Positions 20,621 to 30,938 of a stretch of 64,000 bases of DNA are shown piece by piece. Position 1 is the stretch's first letter; the number at the start of each line of letters is the position of its first letter. The notes below the pieces were generated by a model. It had not been told where the DNA came from, searched no databases, and saw only the letters and a list, made by a program, of their open reading frames with translations. Position numbers and translations under genes: made by a program. Source of the DNA: Desulfomonilia bacterium (lineage in GTDB: Bacteria > Desulfobacterota > Desulfomonilia > UBA1062); contig CAXXDQ010000003.1 in assembly GCA_963664325.2 (NCBI GenBank), positions 736,001 through 800,000 of the forward strand, read 5' to 3'.

Positions 20621-21641
20621 TCATGGAACTCAGAAGCTTTGCCATATATTCGACCAGGGGTATAACCCTTTTATAGTTCATCCTCATGGGGCCTATGACC
20701 CCAAGGGAACCTGCTGGTGTATCTCCGTAAAAATAACCGCTTGCCACCATGGAGAAATCGTTTATCCCGATGTTTCCAATTTCCTCTCCGATGAATATCT
20801 TTACTCCCGTTCCTTCGAATACCTGGTTTAGGATTCTCAGCATCCGTCCCTTGTCTTCAAATGCCTTTACTATTTCCCTGAGCTTTTCTATGTCTGACAG
20901 CTCAGGGCAGTTAAAGACAATGTCCTTACCTTCTATAACTACATCCTGGGCGTCTTCTACATTATCAAGTGCCATCATTCCCATTTGAACGGCCTTTTTT
21001 ATCAGGTTGTCAAATCGTGCTTTTTCGCTTTTCATTTCTTTGGAGAGCGATTCTCTCATCTTCTCGATACTGAGACCGGAATATTTTTCATTCAGGAAGT
21101 TGCTGTATTTTGTAAGATCATTCTGTTTTATATCCTCACTCTGTACTACATGATTGTAAACCAGGCCTGATTTGCTGATAAGTATTGCAAGGATCCTGTT
21201 CGTTCCGATTTTTACGAATTCTATTCTTTTAAATGTGAAGGTGCTGATTTTGGGAAGGATAACTATAGAAGCATTGCCGGATATCTCCGATAAAAGAAGG
21301 CTTGCTTCATGCAGCGTCTCTTTCAGGCTCCCTGTGCTTTTGAACATCTGCTTCGAAATGATTGATTTTTCTTGCTTTGGCAGCGCCTTCATCTTGATTA
21401 TTTCGTTCAAGTAGTAATGAATACCCTCTTTCGTTGGAATTCTGCCTGCGCTTACATGAGGCTGCAGAAGAAATCCCAGTTCTTCGAGCTCCGACATTAT
21501 ATTTCTTATCGTTGCAGGGGACAGGTCAAGGTCATATCCGCAGGAAACCGCACGAGAACCAACCGGTTCGCCGGTGCTGATGAATTCCTGCATGATAAAT
21601 CCAAAAACCTGTTTGTCTCGCTTATTTATCGTTATTCCCAT
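20607..21641 (-). CDS. hrcA: Heat-inducible repressor HrcA
   Basis: EPVGSR; SPATIRN; QPHVSAGRIPT; GVIGPMRMNY. Confidence 0.96.
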   Translation of the reverse strand: MGITINKRDKQVFGFIMQEFISTGEPVGSRAVSCGYDLDLSPATIRNIMSELEELGFLLQPHVSAGRIPTKEGIHYYLNEIIKMKALPKQEKSIISKQMFKSTGSLKETLHEASLLLSEISGNASIVILPKISTFTFKRIEFVKIGTNRILAILISKSGLVYNHVVQSEDIKQNDLTKYSNFLNEKYSGLSIEKMRESLSKEMKSEKARFDNLIKKAVQMGMMALDNVEDAQDVVIEGKDIVFNCPELSDIEKLREIVKAFEDKGRMLRILNQVFEGTGVKIFIGEEIGNIGINDFSMVASGYFYGDTPAGSLGVIGPMRMNYKRVIPLVEYMAKLLSSMIEEI

Positions 21642-21645
21642 ATTT

Positions 21646-21672
21646 TTAGCACTCTTTTATGCTGTCTGCTAA
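21646..21672. promoter_or_regulatory. CIRCE element (HrcA operator)
   Basis: TTAGCACTC-N9-GTCTGCTAA versus consensus TTAGCACTC-N9-GAGTGCTAA; immediately upstream of hrcA. Confidence 0.92.
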
Positions 21673-21858
21673 CAATCCTTCTATAGAAACTCATGGTCTT
21701 GATGTCAATACCCTGGGATTTCAAGCATTATATCTTCAACTATTCGGCATCTCACTTATCAATAGTAAATTTTTTTAAAGACTCCTATTAAATGTGGACA
21801 AAAGCCTCCGATATGTTATTGATTCTCTAATCATAATGAGCATGTAAAAGGAACCCTG

Positions 21859-23520
21859 ATGAAGGATAAGGTAGAGGCCGTACTGAACGAAGTGCTGAAT
21901 AAAATCTTAGCTGATGGTAACATAACAATTCCGGAAAATTTCAAACCCGGTATCAACCTGCCGGCTGAAAAACAATTTGGTGACTATGCCACCAATGCGG
22001 CCTTGATGCTGGCGAAACCCTCAAAGAAAAATCCACGCGAGTTAGCCACATTAATCTCAGAGAAGATTCAGGACAGCTCGGATCTTTTTACAAAAGTTGA
22101 AGTGGCCGGTCCAGGATTCATAAATTTTTTTGTAAAGGCTGATGCCTGGGCCGGAATTCTTGAAGAAGTGAATAAAGAGAAGGGCCATTTCGGAAGGAGC
22201 GGTTTCGGGGCGGGTAAAAAGGTCCAGATCGAGTTTGTCAGCGCAAATCCGACAGGCCCCCTGCATGTGGGGCACGGAAGGGGGGCTGCCGTAGGGGATA
22301 CTCTGGCAAGGATTCTTGAAGCGGCAGGATTCGATGTGCAGCGGGAATACTATGTCAACGACACAGGCAACCAGATGAATATGCTCGGCTTGTCTGTCCT
22401 TTCACGTTACAGGGAACTGCTGGGCCAAACGTCGGTATTTCCTGAAAATGGATACAAGGGAGATTATATAAAAGGAACGGCGGAGGAAATTCACAGGATT
22501 TACGGGGAAAGCCTGCTGGATATGCCCGAGGCCGAAGCTGTTTCCGTATGCCGGGATTATGCCGGTAAGAATATTCTTGAAGGTATTGATAATGACCTCA
22601 GGGAATTCAATGTGAATTTCGATATGTGGTTCAGCGAGTCGGTTTTATATAAAGACGATATGGTTGGGAAAACCCTTGAGACCATGAAAGATAAAGGGCT
22701 CACATTTGAAGATGACGGCGCCCTGTGGTTTAAGAGTACTGCATACGGGGACGAAAAGGACAGGGTATTGAGGAAATCGGACGGAGCCCTTACATATTTT
22801 GCACCTGACATCGCTTACCATAAAAACAAGCTTGAGCGCGGTTTTAAAAAAATTATTGACATATGGGGTGCCGACCATCACGGTTATGTACCCAGAATGT
22901 CGGCTGCCATGAGAGCACTTGGTGCGGATAATGACTGTTTCCATGCCCTGCTTATACAGCTTGTTTCGCTGGTAAGGGCAGGAGAGCCTGTTCAGATGTC
23001 AACGCGCTCCGGAGAATTTATAACATTGAAAGAGGTTGTTGATGAGGTAGGCAAGGACGCCGCAAGATTCTTTTTTATGATGAGGCGATGTGACAGCCAT
23101 CTCGTGTTTGACCTTGAACTGGCAAAGAAAAGGGGTGAGGAAAATCCGGTTTTCTATGTGCAGTATGCCCATGCAAGGATATGTTCGATAGTAAAAAAAG
23201 CCGCATTGTCAGATCAAAAATCGGAAACCGGACTGAAATATCTAAAGAAACTTTTAACGGATGACGAGATAGATCTCATGAAGATGATTGCACAGTATCC
23301 GGATACAGTGGTATCTGCCGCCTCTGATCTTGAACCGCACAGGATAGCCTATTATGTCCTTGACCTTGCAACCGTCTTTCACCGTTTTTACAACAAGAAC
23401 AAGGTCATTGGAGAAGATTATGAGCTCTCAGCTGCCAGACTGCTTCTTGTTGATTGTGTGAGACAGGTTATTGCCAACTGTCTGTTGATGATGGGTGTTG
23501 ATGCACCCGAATCGATGTAG
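21859..23520 (+). CDS. argS: Arginyl-tRNA synthetase
   Basis: EFVSANPTGPLHVGHGR; WGADHHGY; MSTRSG; YVQYAHAR. Confidence 0.98.
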   Translation: MKDKVEAVLNEVLNKILADGNITIPENFKPGINLPAEKQFGDYATNAALMLAKPSKKNPRELATLISEKIQDSSDLFTKVEVAGPGFINFFVKADAWAGILEEVNKEKGHFGRSGFGAGKKVQIEFVSANPTGPLHVGHGRGAAVGDTLARILEAAGFDVQREYYVNDTGNQMNMLGLSVLSRYRELLGQTSVFPENGYKGDYIKGTAEEIHRIYGESLLDMPEAEAVSVCRDYAGKNILEGIDNDLREFNVNFDMWFSESVLYKDDMVGKTLETMKDKGLTFEDDGALWFKSTAYGDEKDRVLRKSDGALTYFAPDIAYHKNKLERGFKKIIDIWGADHHGYVPRMSAAMRALGADNDCFHALLIQLVSLVRAGEPVQMSTRSGEFITLKEVVDEVGKDAARFFFMMRRCDSHLVFDLELAKKRGEENPVFYVQYAHARICSIVKKAALSDQKSETGLKYLKKLLTDDEIDLMKMIAQYPDTVVSAASDLEPHRIAYYVLDLATVFHRFYNKNKVIGEDYELSAARLLLVDCVRQVIANCLLMMGVDAPESM

Positions 23521-23526
23521 TCTGAA

Positions 23527-24087
23527 ATGGGAAGAAGAATAAAAGCTGCCAAACATACAAGGACTCTCAAAAAAAATATTTTTCTTTTTCTGCTCTCGAT
23601 TTCAATTCTTGCCGGGGCCACATGGCTTTTCCTTAATATTATCGAACTGCCGGGTCTGCCTTTTAAAATTGATCAAATAAAACCCAAGCAAGTCATTTCA
23701 GCAATCAAGGCCAGGTTTGGAAAAAACGAGGTCGAGGACAGACATATAGCTGAAAACGGAAAAAGCAAGAAAAAGAAAGTCGAGGCATCAGCCGCTGTTG
23801 AAGAAGATTATAAATATTCCTTCTATGATATCCTTTATCATCAGAAACAGTCCAGATCTCCTGACAATCATTTTTCAGTCCAGATAGCCGCGTTCAAATC
23901 AAAAAAATCTGCCCAGGACCTGGTAAAAGAGCTTGAAAACAGCAGAAGGTTGACCTGCAGAATTGTAAAAAAAGGAAGCCAGTATTCAGTTCTCTGGGGC
24001 GGTTTCCCATCAAGGAACGACGCCGAGCGTTATAACAGGCAACTTTCAGGAATGCTGGAAAAGGAGTGCATAGTCGTCGAGATGTAA
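23527..24087 (+). CDS. SPOR-domain membrane protein (FtsN-like position)
   Basis: N-terminal TM helix; YSFYDIL; SVQIAAFKS SPOR motif; follows argS. Confidence 0.78.
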   Translation: MGRRIKAAKHTRTLKKNIFLFLLSISILAGATWLFLNIIELPGLPFKIDQIKPKQVISAIKARFGKNEVEDRHIAENGKSKKKKVEASAAVEEDYKYSFYDILYHQKQSRSPDNHFSVQIAAFKSKKSAQDLVKELENSRRLTCRIVKKGSQYSVLWGGFPSRNDAERYNRQLSGMLEKECIVVEM

Positions 24088-24136
24088 GCATGAATCATCT
24101 GTTTGGTAAAGACATTTTGAAAACAGTCAGCAAATT

Positions 24137-25747
24137 CTATTTCAGTTTCCCCTCCGAATACATTTTCCTGAGTTCCTTTTTATTGAACTTCCCCACGCTT
24201 GTCTTCGGGATCATTGACATGAAAACGAATTTTTCCGGTATCCACCAGTCCGCCACCTTGCCTTTGAGAAAATCTTTTAGTTCTTCTTCGGATATGGTTT
24301 CGCCTGGTACAGGAACAACACATCCCATGGGCCTTTCCTGCCATTTCTGATGTGGCACTCCGATGACGGTTGCCTCAAGGATCTTCGGATGCGACATGAT
24401 CACATTTTCCAGATCGACTGAGGATATCCATTCACCGCCGCTCTTTATCAGGTCTCCTTTGCGGTCCACAAGCCTTACATAACCTTCGTCGTCCATCGTG
24501 GCAATATCTCCGGTTTTAAGCCAGCCGTCGGCGAAGAGCCTGGTTGATGATGCCTCGTCCCTGTAATAATCCTTTGCAATCCAGGGGCCGCGGAACCATA
24601 TTTCCCCCCATTCTTTGCCGTCCATTCTGATGTCTTCGCCGTTATCATTAACTATACGCATCTCAACTCCGGGCGCAGGTATACCGGCACTTGCCCTGAT
24701 GTCATAGATTTTATCCATCGGCCAATCAGCCATATAGCTTTTCGGAAGGGCTGCAGTAGCCATCGGGTAGGTTTCAGTCATTCCGTAAGCCTGCCGGACA
24801 GGGAATCCGTATTTTTCATTCAGGCTCTTCATTAAAGATATGGGGCAGGCCGAGCCTCCGCTGAATATGCCTTTCATTAAAGAAAAATCATGCCATCCGC
24901 CCTTTTCAAGATAATCGTGCAGCATCATCCATATTGTCGGGACACCGGCTGTAAACGTCACCTTTTCATCAGCGATCACGCGGCACAGCTTTTCCATGTT
25001 AAGGACTTCTCTGCCCGGCAGAACCTGTTTGCAGCCCAGAGCCAGGGCTCCGAAAGGAGCTCCCCATGCGTTTGCATGGAACATCGGGACGATATGGATG
25101 ACACAATCACTTTCACTTACACCGAGAGTTACACCAACGCCGTATGTATGAAGCATTATACCTCTATGGGTGTAAACCACCCCTTTGGGTGTTCCTGTTG
25201 TTGCCGATGTATAGCAAATCAGCGCAGGGTCGAACTCGCTCAAATCGATCGGCCAATCATAGCTTTCGGGAAATTCTTTAATAAGCTCATCATAAAGGCT
25301 GGCATTCGGAAGTGTTGTTTGAGGCATTTTGCCGGATTGAGAGAGTATTACATAATGTTCGACGGTCTTCAACTGGTCTGCGACCGGCTCGATAAGAAAA
25401 ACGAGGTCTTCTTCAACAAAAAGTACCTTGTCAGCGGCGTGGTTGATTATATAAACAAGATGTTCATGCGGCAGCCGGATATTGACTGTGTGCAGTACAC
25501 CTCCCATACACGGCACACCAAAGTACAGCTCAAGATGGCGCTGATTGTTCAACGCAAAGCTTGCGACCCTGTCTCCGCGCTTCACACCGAGTTTGTTCAG
25601 GGCATGTGCAAGCTGGCATGTTCGCCTGTAATAATCCGCATAGGTATAACGGTGAATCTCATTGGGATATACTGAAACTATTTCTTTCTTGGGAAAAAAT
25701 TTTGCGGTCCTGATAAGGAAAGTCCTTAGAAGAAGCTGGTAATCCAT
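24137..25747 (-). CDS. Medium/long-chain acyl-CoA ligase (AlkK/DmdB-like)
   Basis: YTSATTGTPKG; PMFHANAWG; YGMTET; DLIKSGGEWISS; PKTSVGK. Confidence 0.93.
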   Translation of the reverse strand: MDYQLLLRTFLIRTAKFFPKKEIVSVYPNEIHRYTYADYYRRTCQLAHALNKLGVKRGDRVASFALNNQRHLELYFGVPCMGGVLHTVNIRLPHEHLVYIINHAADKVLFVEEDLVFLIEPVADQLKTVEHYVILSQSGKMPQTTLPNASLYDELIKEFPESYDWPIDLSEFDPALICYTSATTGTPKGVVYTHRGIMLHTYGVGVTLGVSESDCVIHIVPMFHANAWGAPFGALALGCKQVLPGREVLNMEKLCRVIADEKVTFTAGVPTIWMMLHDYLEKGGWHDFSLMKGIFSGGSACPISLMKSLNEKYGFPVRQAYGMTETYPMATAALPKSYMADWPMDKIYDIRASAGIPAPGVEMRIVNDNGEDIRMDGKEWGEIWFRGPWIAKDYYRDEASSTRLFADGWLKTGDIATMDDEGYVRLVDRKGDLIKSGGEWISSVDLENVIMSHPKILEATVIGVPHQKWQERPMGCVVPVPGETISEEELKDFLKGKVADWWIPEKFVFMSMIPKTSVGKFNKKELRKMYSEGKLK

Positions 25748-26052
25748 CCTTTACCTCCAAAGATATGTAATATTATATGACAATCTTACTTAAAAACCAT
25801 AATAACTATTTTGAATAAGTCAATAACGGGTTTTAATTAGAGAGCGTTCATTGCGCGCTAACAGCTTATAAATGCTGTAAAAAATAAAAGAAAAAAATAA
25901 TTTCAAGTCTTGATTAAAGATTAATCACGGGTATTATTTATAAATCATATTTTAATGCCAAGGATCACATCAATTGTTACGCTCGAAGGCTAATCAGGTG
26001 TTATTTTATTAATGCACCTATAACGGCGGAGCTTTAAATATAAGGAGAATAT

Positions 26053-27192
26053 ATGCAGTTTATTGACCTTAAAAAACAGCAGGAAAGAATAAGGGAAAAA
26101 ATAGAATCCGGAATAAAAAAGGTTCTGGATAACGGCCAATATATTATGGGACCTGAAATAAAGGAACTTGAAAATAAACTGGCTGAATATGTCGGCATCA
26201 AACATGCAATAGGATGTGCCTCGGGAACCGATGCTTTGCTGATGGCGCTTATGGCTTACGAGGTCGGGCCGGGGGATGCGGTTTTCACAACACCTTTTAC
26301 TTTTGTCGCGACAGCCGAAGTTATCTCGCTTCTTGGCGCCACGCCGGTTTTTGTAGATATCGAACCTGATACCTTCAATATCGACCCTGTAAAGCTTGAA
26401 AAAACTATTATTGCCGTTGAGCGGGGTGGTAGTCAGGAATATCCCCTTCCCATCGGGGTGGAAGGTCTTGTCCCCAGAGGGATAATACCAGTTGATCTTT
26501 TTGGGCAGGCGGCAAATTATGAAATAATTAATGGGATAGCCGAAAAGCATGGTCTATTTGTAATCGAGGATGCCTGCCAATCTTTCGGCGCAGAATACAA
26601 AAGTAAAAAAGCTTGTTCGCTGGCTGATATTGCCTGTACATCTTTCTTTCCGGCAAAACCTCTCGGCTGTTATGGAGATGGAGGGATGGTCTTTACGGAT
26701 AACGATGAGCTTAAAGAAAAAATGATTTCAATAAGGGTTCACGGTTCAGGGTCAGACAAATATGATAATGTCCGGCTTGGCATCAACGGCAGGCTTGATA
26801 CTTTGCAGGCAAGTGTATTGCTGACCAAATTTGAAATATTTCCGGAAGAAATGGATTTGAGACAAACCGTTGCAAAGAGGTATGCAGATTTTTTAATAAA
26901 AAGCGTAAGTGTCCCTTTTGTTGCGGAAGGGTGCAGAAGTGCATGGGCACAGTATTCTGTTCTTTGCAATAACCGTAATGAACTGATCGACAAGCTTAAG
27001 ACAGCCGGTATCCCTGTAGCCATATATTATCCCATCCCGCTTCATCTTCAGGGTGCCTACAGGTATCTGGGTTACCAAAAAGATTCTTTCCCCGTTTCCG
27101 AAAAAACTGCAGGACGAATATTCAGCATCCCCATGCATCCATATCTGACTGAACAGGAACAGATGACAATCGCTTCGGTAATAACAGGATAG
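26053..27192 (+). CDS. DegT/DnrJ/EryC1/StrS nucleotide-sugar aminotransferase (WbpE-like)
   Basis: MQFIDLK; SGTDAL; EDACQSFGA; SFFPAKPLGCYGDGG; NGRLDTLQA. Confidence 0.92.
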   Translation: MQFIDLKKQQERIREKIESGIKKVLDNGQYIMGPEIKELENKLAEYVGIKHAIGCASGTDALLMALMAYEVGPGDAVFTTPFTFVATAEVISLLGATPVFVDIEPDTFNIDPVKLEKTIIAVERGGSQEYPLPIGVEGLVPRGIIPVDLFGQAANYEIINGIAEKHGLFVIEDACQSFGAEYKSKKACSLADIACTSFFPAKPLGCYGDGGMVFTDNDELKEKMISIRVHGSGSDKYDNVRLGINGRLDTLQASVLLTKFEIFPEEMDLRQTVAKRYADFLIKSVSVPFVAEGCRSAWAQYSVLCNNRNELIDKLKTAGIPVAIYYPIPLHLQGAYRYLGYQKDSFPVSEKTAGRIFSIPMHPYLTEQEQMTIASVITG

Positions 27193-27239
27193 AGAGGCGT
27201 ATCCTTTCCAGGGAATGAAAAAAATCTGACCTTTAATAT

Positions 27240-28811
27240 ATGGAGAACACAATGATAGCAATTATTGGCGCAGGATACTGGGGTAAAAATCTTGTAAGGA
27301 ATTATAAGGAACTTGGTGTGTTAAAAACTGTATGTGATGCCAGCATGAAGTCGCTCACTGAACTGGAAAATCAATATTCGGGTGTCGGGTTCACAACCAG
27401 TTTTAATGAGGTTCTTGATGATAATGATATAAAAGGTGTTGTAATCGCCGCGCCCGCTGCCATGCACTTCTCCCTGACCAGGGAAGCTCTTCTTTCAGGA
27501 AAAGATGCATATGTTGAAAAGCCGCTGGCGCTTGACCTGAAAGAAGCCGAGGAGCTTCGCGATATAGCTGACAAAAGTTCAAAAATACTTATGGTAGGCC
27601 ATCTTCTGCAGTATCACCCCTGCTTTATTAAATTGAAGGAACTTATCAGACAAGGCCAGCTTGGAAGGATTGATTACATCTATTCAACCAGACTCAATTT
27701 TGGGAAAATAAGAAGGGAAGAAGACATTTTATGGAGCTTCGCCCCGCATGATATTTCCATGATACTCTCATTGGCTAATGAAACTCCTGAATCTGTAATT
27801 GCTGCAGGAGGTTATTACCTTCACAAAAAGATAGCTGATGTAACTACGACACATCTCGAGTTCGCATCAGGGCTCAGGGCGCATGTTTTTGTGTCATGGC
27901 TGCATCCCTTCAAAGAGCAGAAACTAGTGGTTGTCGGTGAAAAGGGCATGGCGGTCTTCAATGATACGTTGCCATGGGGGGATAAACTTGAATTGTATCC
28001 TCACAACGTCAAATGGGAAAACGGCATACCTGTGCCTGATAAAAAAGAGGCAGTAAAAATTGAAGTGGAAAATGCTGAACCGCTTAAAAAAGAGTGCGAA
28101 CATTTTATTTCTTGCATCGGAACCAGGCAAAAGCCTTTAACTGACAGCAATGAAGGTATCGAGGTTCTGCGAATTCTTAAAGCTGGTCAGCTCTCGCTTG
28201 ATAATTCAAGCATGAAAGTTTTTATTGCTGAGCTTTATCCGAAAGATAAGGGGTATTTTGCACACAACTCCAGTTATATCGATGATGGAGTCGAAATAGG
28301 CGAGGGTACAAAAATCTGGCATTTCAGCCACATTTTAAAGGGAACCAGGATCGGCAGAAAATGTAACATAGGCCAGAATGTGGTAATCGGACCCGATGTG
28401 AAAATCGGAAGCGGCTGCAAGATACAGAATAATGTATCCGTGTATAAAGGGGTGACGCTGGAAGATGATGTCTTCTGCGGGCCTTCCATGGTGTTTACAA
28501 ATGTGTACAACCCAAGGGCTCATATTGCAAAAATGGACGAAATGAGGCCGACGCTTGTTAAAAAAGGTGTGACAATCGGTGCAAATGCAACGATCGTCTG
28601 CGGGTATACCATAGGCGAATATGCATTCATCGGCGCGGGAGCAGTCGTTACAAGAGGAGCCCTGGCGCATGCCCTCATGGTGGGCAATCCTGCTAAACAG
28701 ATCGGCTGGATGTGTGAATGCGGGGAGAGGCTCGATGACAGATTGTCCTGCTCACATTGCGGGAAATCATTTGTATATACAAATAGTGAAGGCCTTAACC
28801 TTTCAAGATAA
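27240..28811 (+). CDS. Fused Gfo/Idh/MocA dehydrogenase + hexapeptide N-acetyltransferase (WbpB-WbpD-like)
   Basis: GAGYWG, VEKPL and PHD motifs, then [36 protein letters not shown]. Confidence 0.9.
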   Translation: MENTMIAIIGAGYWGKNLVRNYKELGVLKTVCDASMKSLTELENQYSGVGFTTSFNEVLDDNDIKGVVIAAPAAMHFSLTREALLSGKDAYVEKPLALDLKEAEELRDIADKSSKILMVGHLLQYHPCFIKLKELIRQGQLGRIDYIYSTRLNFGKIRREEDILWSFAPHDISMILSLANETPESVIAAGGYYLHKKIADVTTTHLEFASGLRAHVFVSWLHPFKEQKLVVVGEKGMAVFNDTLPWGDKLELYPHNVKWENGIPVPDKKEAVKIEVENAEPLKKECEHFISCIGTRQKPLTDSNEGIEVLRILKAGQLSLDNSSMKVFIAELYPKDKGYFAHNSSYIDDGVEIGEGTKIWHFSHILKGTRIGRKCNIGQNVVIGPDVKIGSGCKIQNNVSVYKGVTLEDDVFCGPSMVFTNVYNPRAHIAKMDEMRPTLVKKGVTIGANATIVCGYTIGEYAFIGAGAVVTRGALAHALMVGNPAKQIGWMCECGERLDDRLSCSHCGKSFVYTNSEGLNLSR

Positions 28812-28963
28812 TATTTCAGAGAAAATTCTTCCTATGAAAATGGTAGGAAAGATTGAGATTGAATATTAGAGTCTGTTATGTTTAAAAATGCATAAGTGAA
28901 TATTTGAATTGAGTGTAATTTAAACAAATTTATCTGGATTTGTTTTGATAAAAGGAGAGAACC

Positions 28964-29140
28964 ATGGATTGGCTTTTCACTATTGATCTTGATGAGAAAG
29001 TTGTTGAAAAGATAGACAATACAGCAAAGAGGTTAGGAAAAACCAGGATAGAAGTGGCCAATATAATAATCAGCCATATACTTGAAAATCTAATGGCTGA
29101 AAAACAGAATGATGAATATGACATGGAAATGAACTTTTGA
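28964..29140 (+). CDS. Small ribbon-helix-helix (CopG-like) protein, 58 aa
   Basis: Below the ORF-track cutoff. AAGGAG RBS; MDWLFTIDLDEKVVEKIDNTAKRLGKTRIEVANIIISHIL follows the RHH pattern. Confidence 0.6.
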   Translation: MDWLFTIDLDEKVVEKIDNTAKRLGKTRIEVANIIISHILENLMAEKQNDEYDMEMNF

Positions 29141-29489
29141 TGCAATGAAAAAAGGTTCTTCAAATTAGCAAAAATTCTTTTAATACGATTCATGATGTTT
29201 AAAGCGTGATAAATTGAAAATGACAATTGAAAAATGTGAATATTTCATAAATGAATGAAAGATCAGCTCTGGAAAAAAACCTAATTCAATCGTTGCACAA
29301 TGCAAGTACATGCTATGAATTATTAACTCATATTTCCGGAGATAATCTTTTCAAGGATTGCAGTTTTATCCTGTCTGAAGTACTCAGATTAAATCAAGGC
29401 TCACAAGAGATTTTAATTGCGGTATGATTTCCCTTACATGAACCCAGGATAGGATCATAATATAATAAAAAACATGCACAATAAAAGAT

Positions 29490-30929
29490 ATGGAGGATGA
29501 AATGGAGTCCATGAAAGAAACTAACGATGCGCAAGAAAGATTCGACGAAAGAGAAATTGATTTTATGAAAATTTTTTTGATAATTAAAAGGCATAAATTG
29601 CTCATCATGTCTATTATTGCTGTATGCGTTTTAATCGGCTGTATTTATATCTTGAAACATACAAATAGCGTCTCCGGGTGCAAGGTCGCCCTGACCTTTA
29701 ACGGTATTGACAAACATGAATATCCTGATGGTGACAAGTTTGAAATGAACGACTTGATATCATCAGATGCAATTACTGAAGTAGCGAAGATCATTGAAGA
29801 CCCTAATAAAAGGAAAATGTTCGAAAAGAATCCAAGGGCATTTCTTTTTGTAGACCCATTTATCCCAATAGAGGTTCAGGATAAAGCAAGCCGTATGGAG
29901 AAGTTGGAAAGAAAGACTCTGGTTTACCTGCCGAACCAGTATTATATAAGATTTATACAAAAGCTTGGCGGCTCTTTTGATGGAAGAGAAAGAACACGAA
30001 TTCTCTATGGTCTTATACAATCATTCGAACACAAGTTCTCTGATGATTTTATTAACAGGCCGTTTCTGACTGTTCAATTATCCCAGGATCAAAGCAAAAA
30101 CAGCGATTATATAGACACTTTTGAAGTATTAAACAATGTTGCAAATAATTACATGGGATTTCTCAATAAAAAGATGGAGGAAGCCGGGTACTTCAGATCA
30201 GCAAAGACAGGGAAATCATTTATTGACCTGCAAACGGAACTGAAAAACATGATGGATATCGACCTGCTTGGTGTTGATTCTCTTATATACTATTATCGAC
30301 TTTCAAAATATAAAAATTTCCTTTTGACAAAAACACAATACAAGGTCAGGCAAATGGAAAAGGAAAGAGAAAAAAAGATGATGGAATCCGAAATGGCTAA
30401 TAACTTGCTCAAACAGGTTCTTGAAAAGGACAAGGGGCGTTCAAATACCGCAATGTCAGTAGGAACACCCAATTCACAAATCGTTGTCGATGCAGATACA
30501 ATTGAAAAACTAAACCAGAAAGAATATCTAAACTTGTTGATCAAAAGATCTCTTGAGTCCGGAGTTGAATCACAAAATCTGGAAGTCGATAAAAAGTATC
30601 TGCAGGAATATATAGACCTTCTGCAAAAGACACAGGGAAAGGAAATAGATGTGGTTTCCGCCAAGGCTTTTGTAGAAGAAAGGCTTGAAATAATCAGACT
30701 TGAATTAGCGCGTATTGCAAAGGCAGCCAACGAACTGAATCAGGAATATATGTTATCCAGGTATTCAAATGTTATTAAGATAACTGAGGAGCCTCATAAC
30801 TATAAACAATATGACATGAGTCCGATCATGGTGATAGCGATCTCAATTTTTGTCGGATTAGTCATATCACTTGGCCTGGTATTCATCTTCTATTTTATAA
30901 ATGCGGGACCTAAAAAAGAAAGTTTGTAG
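29490..30929 (+). CDS. Polysaccharide co-polymerase / chain-length determinant (Wzz-like)
   Basis: EIDFMKIF then N-terminal TM; long coiled-coil region; C-terminal TM. Confidence 0.7.
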   Translation: MEDEMESMKETNDAQERFDEREIDFMKIFLIIKRHKLLIMSIIAVCVLIGCIYILKHTNSVSGCKVALTFNGIDKHEYPDGDKFEMNDLISSDAITEVAKIIEDPNKRKMFEKNPRAFLFVDPFIPIEVQDKASRMEKLERKTLVYLPNQYYIRFIQKLGGSFDGRERTRILYGLIQSFEHKFSDDFINRPFLTVQLSQDQSKNSDYIDTFEVLNNVANNYMGFLNKKMEEAGYFRSAKTGKSFIDLQTELKNMMDIDLLGVDSLIYYYRLSKYKNFLLTKTQYKVRQMEKEREKKMMESEMANNLLKQVLEKDKGRSNTAMSVGTPNSQIVVDADTIEKLNQKEYLNLLIKRSLESGVESQNLEVDKKYLQEYIDLLQKTQGKEIDVVSAKAFVEERLEIIRLELARIAKAANELNQEYMLSRYSNVIKITEEPHNYKQYDMSPIMVIAISIFVGLVISLGLVFIFYFINAGPKKESL

Positions 30930-30938
30930 GATCGATCT

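Noticed and set aside
21793-21801. DnaA box / origin
   Set aside because: It is a single mismatched box (TGTGGACAA) with no cluster.
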